Shown piece by piece: positions 39,410 to 51,328 of a DNA stretch of 64,000 nucleotides; the stretch's first letter is position 1; each line of letters begins with the position of its first letter. The stretch spans positions 496,001 through 560,000 of the forward strand of contig NW_026250407.1 in assembly GCF_024521635.1 (NCBI RefSeq), given 5' to 3'. The notes under the pieces are model-generated. The model did no database searches. It saw only the letters and a program-made list of their open reading frames with translations, and was not told where the DNA came from. The translations under genes were made by a program, and so were the position numbers. The DNA comes from Tricharina praecox (Eukaryota).

Positions 39410-42400
39410 TACGTATGGTAGTGAAGGTGCGCGAGTGCTTGAGTGGTGTTCTGAATGGAGGGGTGAGCAGCGAGTGTTTTAACGGATGATGTGCAGCTGC
39501 GCAGACGGAGATCAAGTATCGGGAATGGAAAGTGAACCAGATTCTTGGGGCCGAAGAAGAACGACGGACGAGGGAGAGGGTGAATATATAACAGGACGGC
39601 TTCGAAGTTCGAAGGGGTAGTGGTGAAGGGGGGGCGGAGGAGGATGATATCGAGGCCGGGAAATGGGGACAGGATATAGATGGGCGGCGGAGGGGGCCCT
39701 GAGCAGTAATTAAAGCAGATGGGTTGGGGGGTGTGAGAATCCAATTGATGACGCCTGTTGGAGTACGTAGTGGGTAAGTGCGAGGTAGAGGAGGATGTGG
39801 TGGAGGAAGTGGTGGTGGTAGTGGTGGTAGTGATGGTGGTGGTGGCGGACAGCCTTTATGCACCTCCACGGGAGGAGACACAACCCTGACGCACATAGGC
39901 GGTAGTAGTTGCTAGGGAGAGGCGTAGTCCGTACTCCTAGCGGAGGAGGTGGTGGTGGTCAGTGCTTGGTAGTGGATGGCGGGGCGGAAGGGGAGGGGGG
40001 AGGGGGAGGGGGGGGGGTGGTGGATGGAGGGGGGTGGTGGAGGTGAATGAGAAAAGAGTGTGTGAGGGCAACGCTGTAAGTTATTGAGGTGCGAAAGACA
40101 GAGGCGGCGGTGGTGGTGGTGAGACCAGGGTGTAGGGGTGCATGTCCAAGCCCAAAATCACCCTCACCCTGAAGAGGCCTCGCAGTTCGTCTGGGACACA
40201 ACTTCCGCGCTGCATCACCCACCTGCCACCTGCATACTCACAATTTGTATCAAATCACTGCTATGCTGCTATGGCCATCCTAATTGCTAACTAGCTTCAA
40301 CGGGCTACCCTCACCACGCCGCCGCTGAAGAGAAAAAAAAGTTATTTTGCGAAAAGGCCACTCCGAGAACCCCCCGCAAAGACAGGACGGTGATTGCAGT
40401 GGTGGGCAACTTATGTAAGTCTGGAGAGAACGTACCAGAACGGCCTCGTCCCGGCGGCTCCGGAGAGGACTGAGGACTGACCAGTGAAGCACAGACTGTC
40501 ACTGCCGCCGACAATGCCGACGGGATCGGCTCTCCGGCCACAGAGTGCTCCGCTCCACAACACCGCAGCGCCACAGCATCACAGCACCTCAGTACGACAT
40601 CTGGCGACATGGTTCCATCAAGCTCCTTCATGGCCACAGCTTTTACGTATGTACACACCAGTGCTTCCGTTCGGCTGGACGGGTGAAGCAGCTCTCCACC
40701 ACATACATGCCTATCTGCCCACCTACCACCTACCCACCTACCACCTATACACCTACCACCTACCACCTACACACCTACACACCTACCACCTACCACCTAC
40801 TCACCTACCACCTACTCACCCTCCCACCTAATGCACTTGGTAAGTCCTTGGTAAGGAAGTTGGGTATGTACATGCCTGGGCATCTATCTATCCGACGGCG
40901 GTTCGCATCATCGATATCACTCAACCTCGAGCGCCAGTATGTCTGACATTCCCTGCGGCCTCTAAGGACGCCCCACCCCCCGTCCACTAGCCGAGGAGGA
41001 GCAGCCCGCACGCAAAGTACAGGCTGGCAGAGCAGCAAAGCACGCAAACCCCATGGCCATCATTCCGGACATACATAGAGTACATACAGGCCCAAAAGGA
41101 AGCGGCTGTTTTGCATCTGCTCCGACACCCCACAAAGAAAGTTTCTTCATCTTCTTTCCTAACGGACCCTACATCTCCGTTCTACATATGTACAAGGAAC
41201 CACAGACCCAGCAAAACACAGGCATGTCATGTCAGGCGAACGGACCAGCACGGAGGCAGGCAATTCACTCGAGCCGAGCCAATACCGTACGAACTTGCGT
41301 ATAGCACGCTCATCGGTATCACACGTACATACGTCGATACTCTACTACCGACCCGGACTCATGGCCCGTGTCTGCACTGATATATGTCGATACGATCCGA
41401 GGAATCCTCGTGCCCTTTCAGCTCCCCGCCCCCTAGTAGGTAAGCAAGTACCAGGCATGTACTCTAGCTGCCGTATGCTTTTCACTTTTCACCCACGAAG
41501 AAAGAAAAAAAATCGTGCTTCGTAGGTACCATCTCATGCACCCTCGAAACGGAGCCCACCCCACGGAGAAGAAAGAGCCATGACATTATCAGCATCACTC
41601 TCCGCGAGGCCCCGCACACGCACACGCACACACACACTCTCCCTCTTTCTATCTCTATCTCTATCTCTCTTCTCTCTCGCTTCTCTCTCCCCCTCGCCGT
41701 GCAAGCAAAGCGTGTGGCGCCGCGGGCTATGGCCAAGGGCGTGTCCCGGCGCCCGCGAAGGTCCGCAACGGCCAAAGAACCCGTTGCAACCTTACGAGCA
41801 GTGACCAAGAGTTGCGAGTATGTATAAAGTAGTTGCTTCCCTGTGCCATCCGACGGGTGCCTGTGTGAATAGAGTACCCAGGCAAGTTACAAGTACATCT
41901 GGATCTCTTTCTCCTCCACTCGGCACCCATCTCCGACCCGCCGTCTCATCCGTCCGTATGTGTGTATGTAGAGGATGTATGCATATACAGTACTTGCAGG
42001 TTCGAAGCTCCTCCTTCCCACGCACCTCACCCTTACCTTACCTTACCTTCCCTTACCTTCCCTTACTTACTCTACTTCGGGGTGCTTGGGATGCTTGGGA
42101 TGCGTGCGTGCTAACTTCTTATCTACAAGGCTGCCAGTTTTTCGCTCCCTCCTGCCTCCCTCCCGTCGGCCGTTTTCCTGTGCGCGTCCCCTCCCCCCTC
42201 CCCTCCCGACTCGGCCCTGTGCCTGTGCGACCCAAGACCTCTCGGCCTTGCAGAAGTACCCTAGCCAGAGGAGGGAGGGATGGAGATGGACAGAGAGAGA
42301 ATCGATTTATTGTCGCATTCGGACTAGAACTGTGGCACAGAGAGTCGAGCTTCCAAAACAAAAAAAGGAAAGGCCGGATCGAGTTCGAACAGTACTTTAT

Positions 42401-45400
42401 AGAATCTCGGTTGAAGCCTGAAGGCTTCGACTTCGGCCTGCCGTACTCTACGTAACGTCATCCCCCTCCCCCGAAAAAAGGCTCTCCTCCTCCTCCTCCC
42501 CTCCTCCTCCTCCCCTCCTCCTCCTGCTCCCCCCATCCTCCCCACCGGGGACGAAGACGAGGACTTTCCCTTCCCTTCCCTTTTCCCCGGTCCCTGGTCC
42601 GTCCCTCACAGCCAGAGCCAGCAGCCAGAGCCCGACCCCTGAGTCCTGGCTCCTGGCAGCCAATCGTCCCGCTCCTTCGCATCCCTTCCCTTCGCATCCA
42701 TCCCTTCCTTTTCTTCCTTTTCTTCCTTTTCTTCCCTCCCTTCCTTCCCTTCCCCGCGCTGCCGGTAGGCGGTACATACCTAGGCGGTGTTCATGTAGGC
42801 GGTGTATCATATCTACGTAGATTTACGTAGAGTACCTATGCCATTCCGCTGATTTCCCGATGATTTCCCGATCGATCATATCGGATCTTCTTGGCAGGGT
42901 CCCCTGGTCAGTGGTCCCTCCCCGGGCTATGTAGAGTATGGATATGATGTGATGTGACATGGCGGGATGCGAACTTTGAGGGGGCATGAAGGGATGTGAA
43001 GGGATATGACTATCGAACGAACGGAACGGGGCCGATGGAATTCAATCACCGCGGCCGTACCGCCGCCGCAGAGCATAGCACATCATGTTATGTCACAGCA
43101 CAGCAGCACATCATAGCACAGCGCAGCACCGCACTTCACAGAACTTCCCGCAGATCTAACGTAGGTGCTCTACCTTGTCTTTTGTCATACAGGCTAGGCG
43201 TGTGGCCGATAAATCGTGCCTCACCACCATCACGAATTATAGGTGCAAGGTGAGGCACCACTTACCCTTACACCCGAAGTCTGTGCCACTCGCTCGCTCG
43301 CTGGCGGCCAGCACGTATGTAGGTGTTGTACCTACCATGCATAACTGCATAAGTACCTACGCAGGTGATCGCGAAAGATCGTGAGAAAAAAGATCGTGAG
43401 ATGGCTTGCGACTTTCGACTTCGACTTCGTCCACATCCGGCTTTTCCTTTTCGGTGTAAGTGAAGCACCAGTACTACCTAGTAGTAGTTGAGGAGAAACC
43501 CGAGTTTTTAGGAGGTGAGTAAGTTGGAGGTGGGTTGCGGGTATGTCCGGCCAGTAAAATGGCGGTCAATGGAGGTCAATGTTCACGTTCATGTTCATAC
43601 GCCAGATGTCTCAGTGTTTCTTGTCGGCATGTACTCGAGTACCTGAGCACAATATGTAGAGTAGGTGCCTGGTACTCTTACTTCATGTAGATATTTGAGA
43701 TATGTGTTGAAGTCTGAAGACACGAAGACTCGCAGTATGCACATCACATACGCATAAGCATCTACAACCATCCTCCTCCCCCCCCTCCCCCGCAAACGCA
43801 AACCGCGAAACCCAAGGCTAACTTCCTCTAACCTCCCCTACTCCCCACTAAGCGAATCTCCATCCCCATCATACCCATCATATCTAGGTACTCTAGTACT
43901 CTAGTAGTTTTTCAGATTTCTTCTTCATCGCGATCAAATCGCGAATGCGGAAGCAACCGCCTACATATGCCCTCTACATACCTTGTATGCACCTGTACCT
44001 GTACCTAGCGCGAAGCCATTCCGCAGTCGGCAATCTCTTCGACTCGTCGACTCGTCAAGCGCAAAAACTCAAACCCCCACTACCACCCCCCGGAAATGGC
44101 AATCACAGAAATGGTAATCACGGTGCTTTCTCCCGATCCCTACCCAGGACTTCTCATGGTCGACCAGAGGAAAGGAATGAAGGGGAGGGGGGCAAACTGT
44201 ACAATACATAAGTAAGCGCTACCAACTACCGCCGATTCGTACCTAGGCAGAGAAAGCAGAGTAGAGTTCTATCGGTTACTCCGGAGGACTCCCGCTCGGC
44301 GCACGGCCTACCAGCGAGTCGGATAATTCGCTTCGCTTCTGCTCTCTGCTCTCTGCTCGGTGCTCGGTACATGGAGTGTGGTGCGTGGTGCGTGATGGTG
44401 CGTGGTGCGTGATGGTGCGTGGTGCGTGATGGTGCGTGGTGATGCGTGGTTGCTCGATTCCGATATCACAAATACAAATTTCACGGTTTGGACTGTGGAC
44501 TTCGAGGCGGTTGGTTGGTTGGTTGAATGGCGGAGGGCGCTTGCTCGCTACTCTGCTCTAGAGTGGAGTACCTGCGGTAGAGGATAGAGTGGAGCACATA
44601 GAATAGGGTATGGTAGGTACCTTGTGGCTAGATGTAAAGCTGTGCAGCTGTGGACGGCTCACGAATCACGATAGGTACCGTATGTGCTCGTGGAGTACCT
44701 AGAAATCTGAGGCCGAGTAGGTACATACAGCACCGGTATACCTCTACTTCTACATACCTCTACCGTACCCACCCTTGGCTTCCTGGAGCGTCCGAATAGG
44801 CGTCCTCGGCAGAAGCAGAAGCCAAAGCAAAAGTGAACTCTCGGCCGGGCCTCGCACGGAGAACCTGCGCAGCTGCGGCGTGCGTCGGCATGCGGCGTGC
44901 GGCGTAGGTATCCAGATTCCAGATTCCAGATTCCAGAAGCGGCAGCGCCGGGAGTCCGTGGGTCCGGGAGTCCGGGACGCCTCTTTCGGACGCACAATTG
45001 GTACATACATCGTACAGACCCGGGCGGGGATGCGGGCGGGCGGGGGAGGCGGACAAGTAGGTAGGTAGGCGTGTGGGTAGACAGGTAGGTAGGCAGAAAT
45101 TGGGCGGAAACGATGCCCCCTCCCCTCAATCGAGGTTGAAGGAAGGCTCGAGTCCGCGTCCCCCCCTCCCCCCTTCCCTTGGGCTTCGACTCCACATGGC
45201 CAGATGTTTTGCACTTTCCTTCTTTTTTGCACTTGTGGAGAAACGACGATGCAAGGGAGTGCAAGTCCTCTACGCTACTCTAAGCATTGGTATGAGGTAT
45301 GTGGTGTATGTGATGTGTGTAGTCGTGCGCTTCAGGTTTCGTTTGATACCTACATAATTGTCGTTGTGAGACAAAAACAAACGACAGGCTGCATTTGCTT

Positions 45401-46089
45401 CGCTTCCTTTCAGGCTTCGGCATTCGGCCTGCGGCACTCGCCTTCGCCTTCGGAGGGCCTGGCGTTGCATGCATACATCACATTAGGTTGGCCGTTGGCC
45501 GGACACCAACGACCACTGACCACCCCTCCCACCTGGTTACGGTGGCGGCGCCACAGCGGGGTAGAATCGTAAGACCGTAAGAGCTTGGCCTGATTGAAAA
45601 GTGCTGTTCCTTTATACAGACATGGAGTACATGGAGCACATGGAGGGGAACATGTGTGTATGTGTGATGTATGTACGTGCGGGAACTGGTGGACGGAGGC
45701 GTTGTCGTCGTGCTGCTGGCTGGGAAGGCACTGGACAGTACTGGACTGTGGACTGTGGACAAGATACATGCTCTGTGAATACCTATTCTGATAGTTAATC
45801 CTCATACATTTCTATATCTCACACAAAAGAAACCAACCAAACACGCTTACCCGTATCAACGCATTTCCTTTTTTCCGTTTTCTCATTTTTCATTTTAAGT
45901 TTAATTTTCCGCCGCTGCTGCTTCGTCATACATAACCCGGCTCAACGCTTTTTTTTCTTCCCCTTCCTTCTTGCTGGGAGCCCTGGGAGCCTGGGACGCG
46001 CACTGATTGGCCACACGGAAGACAGATCCGTCCAGTTTTTGGGGTTTCGATTATCCGTCCGTGTCGTGTCGATAGCTCCGATCACAAGC

Positions 46090-46332
46090 ATGTGTGTGTG
46101 TGTGTGAGTGTGAGTGTGTGTGTGTGAGTGTGAGTGTGAGTGTGTGAGTGTGTGAGTGTGAGTGTGTGTGTGTGAGTGTGTGAGTGTGGGTGTGTGTGTG
46201 TGAGTGTGTGTGGGAGTGTGTGTGTGAGTATGGGAGTGTGTGTGTGAGTGTGGGTGTGTGTGTGTGAGTGTGGGTGTGTGTGTGTGAGTATGTGTGGGTG
46301 TGGGTGTGTGTGTGTGGGTGTGTGTGTGTGTG
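46090..46332. repeat. Degenerate (TG)n/(TGAG)n tract, about 240 bp
   Basis: Read directly. Confidence 0.95.
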
Positions 46333-48173
46333 CAGGAACAAGGATACCCCCCCTCCCCCCCCTCTCGCCGCAGGCTGCAAGCTGCAGCAGCTCCCTTCCC
46401 TTCCCTTCGCTCCCCTCCCTCCCCCCCCTCCCCTCCACGAGCCGCCCATGGGGCCATGCGTCTACTCTACTCCACTGTAAGCCCGATTCGACGTGTGGGG
46501 GAAATGTGAGGAAACGCCATGGCCAGAATCCAGATACCGGTACATCCACACCCTCGCAACTTCGATGTCGATCCCATTTCCCATGTCCCCCCCCCCCCCG
46601 TCCCCCTCCCACCCCATGTCGCAGCCTCATAGACTCGCTCGCTCGCTCGCGGAGCACAGCAGTGACGTACGGTACCCGACGCCGGCTGCGGACTGCGGGC
46701 GGTAGGAGTGCGGGATGCGTCGCCAGCCGTTGCACGGACGGATCGATTGGATTGGATTGCAGGATTGGAGGGGAGGGGAGGGGACGGGATTGGGTGCTAG
46801 CCTGCCAACCTGCCAACCTACCTGCTAACCAACCTGCCAGCCGCCAGCCCGCCCGCCCGCCCACCCGCCCATCCGCGTCCGCGTCCACTTCCGCTTGCGA
46901 CTTGCGACTTGCGACGTGCCGCTGGACGACCGGACGGTGCCCACACGACGATACTTGCTTGCAACCGTTCACTCAAGCTCTCAGGCTCTCAGTAGCCGCT
47001 AACAAGCCACAGCACCGCTAACTACCTACATACCGTAGCTGCCGCAAGCACACACGAAATCTATACTCGACATACATATCCACATGTATATCGAGAGTAC
47101 TGCCGTCGTGTCTCACCCGTTCCCGGTTAACTGGTGAAGCGCGGATGGAGGAAGCATCCTGGGAGGAAACGGAGCACCCTTCCTTCCTTCCTCCGTCCCT
47201 CCCTCCGTCCCTCCCTCCATCGCGTGCTGTCGGCTGAGTTGAGTTGGATGTGTGTGTGAGAGGGACAGAGAGTGTGTGTGAGCTGGCGAGCTGGTGAGTG
47301 GTGGGAGCTCTTCGGGGGGGGGGGGAGGGAGAAACGGAAAATAGACAAGACAAGAAGAGACAAGGGACTCGGGAGCAGAAGTTTAGGGAACTTGGAAGGA
47401 AGGAATACCTAGGCACGAGTATCTACCCAGGTAAGTATCATAGGTACAGGTACATACAGACTCCCTACGTCGGTAAGTAAGGTAACTTGGTGCGCTTTCC
47501 GCTCCACCTAAATTTCGTCACTAGAGTACGGTAGGTACATCGCAGGCCAAACGGCCGGCAACCAAAAAAAAAAAACGCTGAAGAATCCTAGTCCTGGTCC
47601 TTGATCGTTTGATAGTTTGCTTGCCTACCTGCCTGCTTGCCTGCTTGCCTGCTTGCCTCGGAAGAAAGAAAGAGATGGGGAAAAAATAGTATGATGATGA
47701 TGGCCTCTGATGCTATCGAGCGCTGGAGAGCATTTCCGAAGGAACTACCTGGTAAGTTAGGTATGCAGTTAACAGGACGTGAGTGAGTCGTCATCACGCC
47801 CCCCCACCAACGTTGCAGAAAAATACTATGCCGATCACTCGAGCAAAACCTTGTCGCTGCGAACACTGTCCAGGTACGATAATAAAGTGCATGCCACTAA
47901 CGGCGTGGGATGACGTTTAGGCAACATTGGACCGCGAAACATGATCGCCAGGACATCACCGGACTTCGCGACGACGAGAGAGAGAGAGAGGGTGAGGGAG
48001 AGAGAGAAGGAGAGAGAGAAGGAGAGAGAGAGAGCAGGTATTCGGGAACTCAAGAATTATCGTGACACCAACCATCTTCGTGCCGGACGATCTTCCGGCA
48101 ATATCACCAACAACCAATCGGACTTTTCGGAAGAAAAAAAAAGTACATCGACAAACGTCCGAACCACACACAA

Positions 48174-49617
48174 TCAGGGCAGCCCGCGACCGGAATTCAC
48201 AGCAGTCGCCACTTGACTCGTGTTGGGCCGGTTCTCTGTCGCCGACACGCGTCTGTCAGTAAACAACACACCCACACACCCACACGCACGTACACACGTC
48301 TGCGGAAGAAAGAAAACATTCGAACCCACCGGCGTATCGTTCGTAGCTGTCGAGGTACAGGATATCGTCACTCGTCGTGTTCCTGACTGCCTCGTTCGCT
48401 TCCAATGCCTCGATCCACCGTCCCAATCTACTGCTCTTCTCGGAAGGAGGCCACCCCCTGTACGGCTGGAGAACCCGAGAGAAGCGCAGCAACCAAGGTG
48501 CAACCGATATGTCGACATATGTCATGGTTAGGCCCTGTACTCCTATCCGTTACGAACAATCCCGTCACTGACGCCGACTTTTCCAACTCACGAGAAAAAA
48601 CGGGCCATCTGGATGAGCGACATCGACGAGTTTGGAGACCTGTATGTATGGCTGCCGTCAGTACTGATCAATGTCCCTCCACAGCAGTCGAAATCTCGTT
48701 GTTGGAGGAGTGAGATTCCGAATCAGCTAGCCAGCCATGGCTGCGCACTCGCTCGGTGGATGATCTCGCGTCTGCAGACGTCCTAGCATCACCACATCGA
48801 GCCGAAAAGGAGGGCCGATTGGATGTTACGAACTTCACTCTTGAGCTCCTCGGCGTACTGGACTTGCGTCTGCGTCTCTTGGGCCTGAAGGAGGCGGTAG
48901 AATCCGGGGACTATGTTACGGTTGATCTTCGCTGACGTTATCTAACCGGCTCCGTATATTCTACAGCATGGCAGTTTTTGAGAAGGGAATCAGGGTGCTG
49001 GCTCTTACATGGTCCACCCATAGTCGGGTGCGTGCTCGGTCTCGCGGGTCCTTGGGGAGGAGGGGCATGCCGATACCGAGGTCTTCCAAGTACTCCAACA
49101 ATACTGTGCTCTCGTAGCAGCCCCAGCTTGTTTTTATTTTTCGTCAATAAGGATGGTCCTTCGAGGGTTTCCGGCATTCCGAATACTTACTCTCCGTGCT
49201 TCAATGCGGGGACCAGACCTCGGGGGTTGATGTCGGTGAGGAGCTTGGGTTTTGCATACGGATCAACCTGGTGAGGGGCGTCAAAAGACGAGACCAAACA
49301 ACAGAGCTGGAGGGCAGGTTAACTTCGATATACTGATAATCCATTCCCTTCAGCTCCAATGCTATCCAGACCCGTTGCACGAATGGACTGTTCGAACACA
49401 CTCGTCTCAGTAGGCATCCTTGCTCGAGGGGGCCCTCGAACATCGTCGAGGCAAGGAGGGCGAACCAGAAGCACCCGCCAAACAACTTCAGATCGCATTC
49501 CTTCGAGTGATCCTTCACGGTCTGTAAGGCCTGTCCTGTGGCCTTCTTGTGGTATGTTTTCTGTTGTTCCTTCCCACCGGCAGAATTAGCCGGATTTGAT
49601 GGGGAACCGTCAGACAT
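48174..49617 (-). CDS. Glutathione S-transferase, omega/tau-like (short isoform, or the C-terminal part of the fusion)
   Basis: Eight exons: 49617-49466, 49387-49324, 49267-49191, 49126-49009, about 48926 (or 48941)-48834, 48639-48592, 48534-48330 and 48235-48174. Spliced motifs GCFCPFVQRVWIALE, INPRGLVPAL, YESTVLLEYLED, GPFFLG..YVD. Confidence 0.9.
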
Positions 49618-50464
49618 GGCCAGAAGCACAGATACGGTCTCAGAGGTGAAGTGAGATAGTCGATCAAAGAAATTGAGGAGTCAAGTCGCAGCTGAGGGAG
49701 GTGGTGGTGGTTGCAGGTGCGCGGGGGTAAGACGTAGATAGAGAAATGGAGGTTTAATAGAAAGATAGGGATGGAGAAGTGGTGAGACAACTTGTATGCT
49801 CGTATCTTCACTGCCAGCAATCAAGGCTCGTTCTGGCTGCGGTCGCGACAGAGCGCGTAAGAAGAAGGAGAAGAAGCAGGGGAAGAAGAAGAAGAGAAGG
49901 AGGAGAAGGAGGAGGAAGAGGAGGAGGAGGGAAGAGGGACAGATATCTATTTGTTGGTTTACAGTGCAGAAGCCGTATCAATCAATCCGATTTCCCCGTT
50001 TTCCGCACATGGATATCTTGGTCCCCACGGTATTCGGAAGTTTCTGTCCGTCTTCCTCGTTTCGAGAAAACTAGGCGTCAATCTTTCCCGAGAGGAGGGA
50101 AAGGTAAAGCGATATGACGTGGCTTATACGCTTGCCGAAAAACTTGCTACGAACATCACCACCTCCACACCGGCTGAGTGGCCGCAGATCGCTCTGGCGG
50201 CGGCGCTCGGTTGGGTACGCCCAGTATATGTATCTACCCCCTCTCCTCTACTCCGGGCGAGCCCGCACGCACGCACGCACGCACGCCAACGCGCAAGCAA
50301 GCAGAGACAGACAGACGAAATCATGACATGGCTACAAAGGCACCGTCGGGTGCACTGATTGTGATGATGCGAGGCAGCCAATTGCAATATGGATGGCGTC
50401 CGGCAAACGGAAGGGAAGAACCGCGAGACCGACGACATAGGAGTGGGTGAGAAAAAAAGCGTAC

Positions 50465-51328
50465 CTGCTGTTTTTTCAATTCCTTGCTTCGCTTCAGTCG
50501 GTCCCTCTCAATCGAACTCCTCTTAATCGCATCGCTGTGCTCCAGACTGTGTCGGTGAACCTCTCCTAGGAATCCCGGGACACCGTATGAATCCAGTTCC
50601 GCGAGGAGATGTGCTACGCCGGAGGTGCTGTCGTGGCCGGAGAGGGCGTCGGTTTCATTTCCCAACAGGTTGTTGACTCCCATCGATAGGCCGTTGACCC
50701 CGTCTTCGAGCTGCTGCTGATTGTATCCAGGCTGCGCCCCGGATAGCAGCGTTTGCAGTTGATGCTGGGCGATCAGCTCCTCACGATTCAGCTTTTCGAC
50801 GATATAGCCGCCACCGGGCGTCGGCCTATGCAGGACCTCCCGCTTCACGCGTTCGATCGTATACATCTTGACCGGGACCAATTCGCCTCCTCCTCCTCCT
50901 CCTCCTCCTCCGCCGCCGCCGCCGCCGCCGCGTCGGTGCTCCACGGATTCGGTCACCTTGATCTTCATGTCACACAGATCCCGGTCTCGTGCGACTCGCT
51001 TGCGCTTTTTACGGTCCGGATTCTGAAGGGAGGGAGCCACGCCCGGCGGTCTCCCCTTGAGCCGACAGTCGTAATAATGCGTCTTGAAAGGACCATTCTT
51101 GGATGTCTGGGTGCTCCGGTGCGACCAGACGTTGTCGATGTGTGGCCAGTACGTCTTCCACCTGCGATATAATAAGCGAGGGCTCTCACCGAGAGGGGAG
51201 GTGGGGGGGGGGTTTATGCTATCATACTCGTCTTCGGTCATGACGAATGTCTCCGCAGCATGAAACAGCCGTTCTCGCCATTCCCGGAGGTTGGGAGGTG
51301 TCTCCTCGAGGCCATTTGGGGCGGCCAT
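50465..51328 (-). CDS. N-terminal exons encoding a putative WRKY/GCM1/FAR1-like Zn-binding domain, probably spliced to the downstream GST
   Basis: Exons 51328-51228 and 51161-50465. Pattern HYYDCRLKG...KKRKR...LCDMKIKV...YTI...HRH (C..C..HxH plus a basic NLS). Ends at a phase-0 donor CAG|GTACGC. Confidence 0.75.

Noticed and set aside
39231..39896. Overlapping uORF regulating NRG1
   Set aside because: The ATG is about 490 nt upstream of the NRG1 start and upstream of a TATA-like CATAAA, so it is probably not in the mRNA; cannot be supported without TSS data.
46082..47021. Long His/Thr-rich and Cys/Val-rich ORFs
   Set aside because: Translations of the (TG)n tract.
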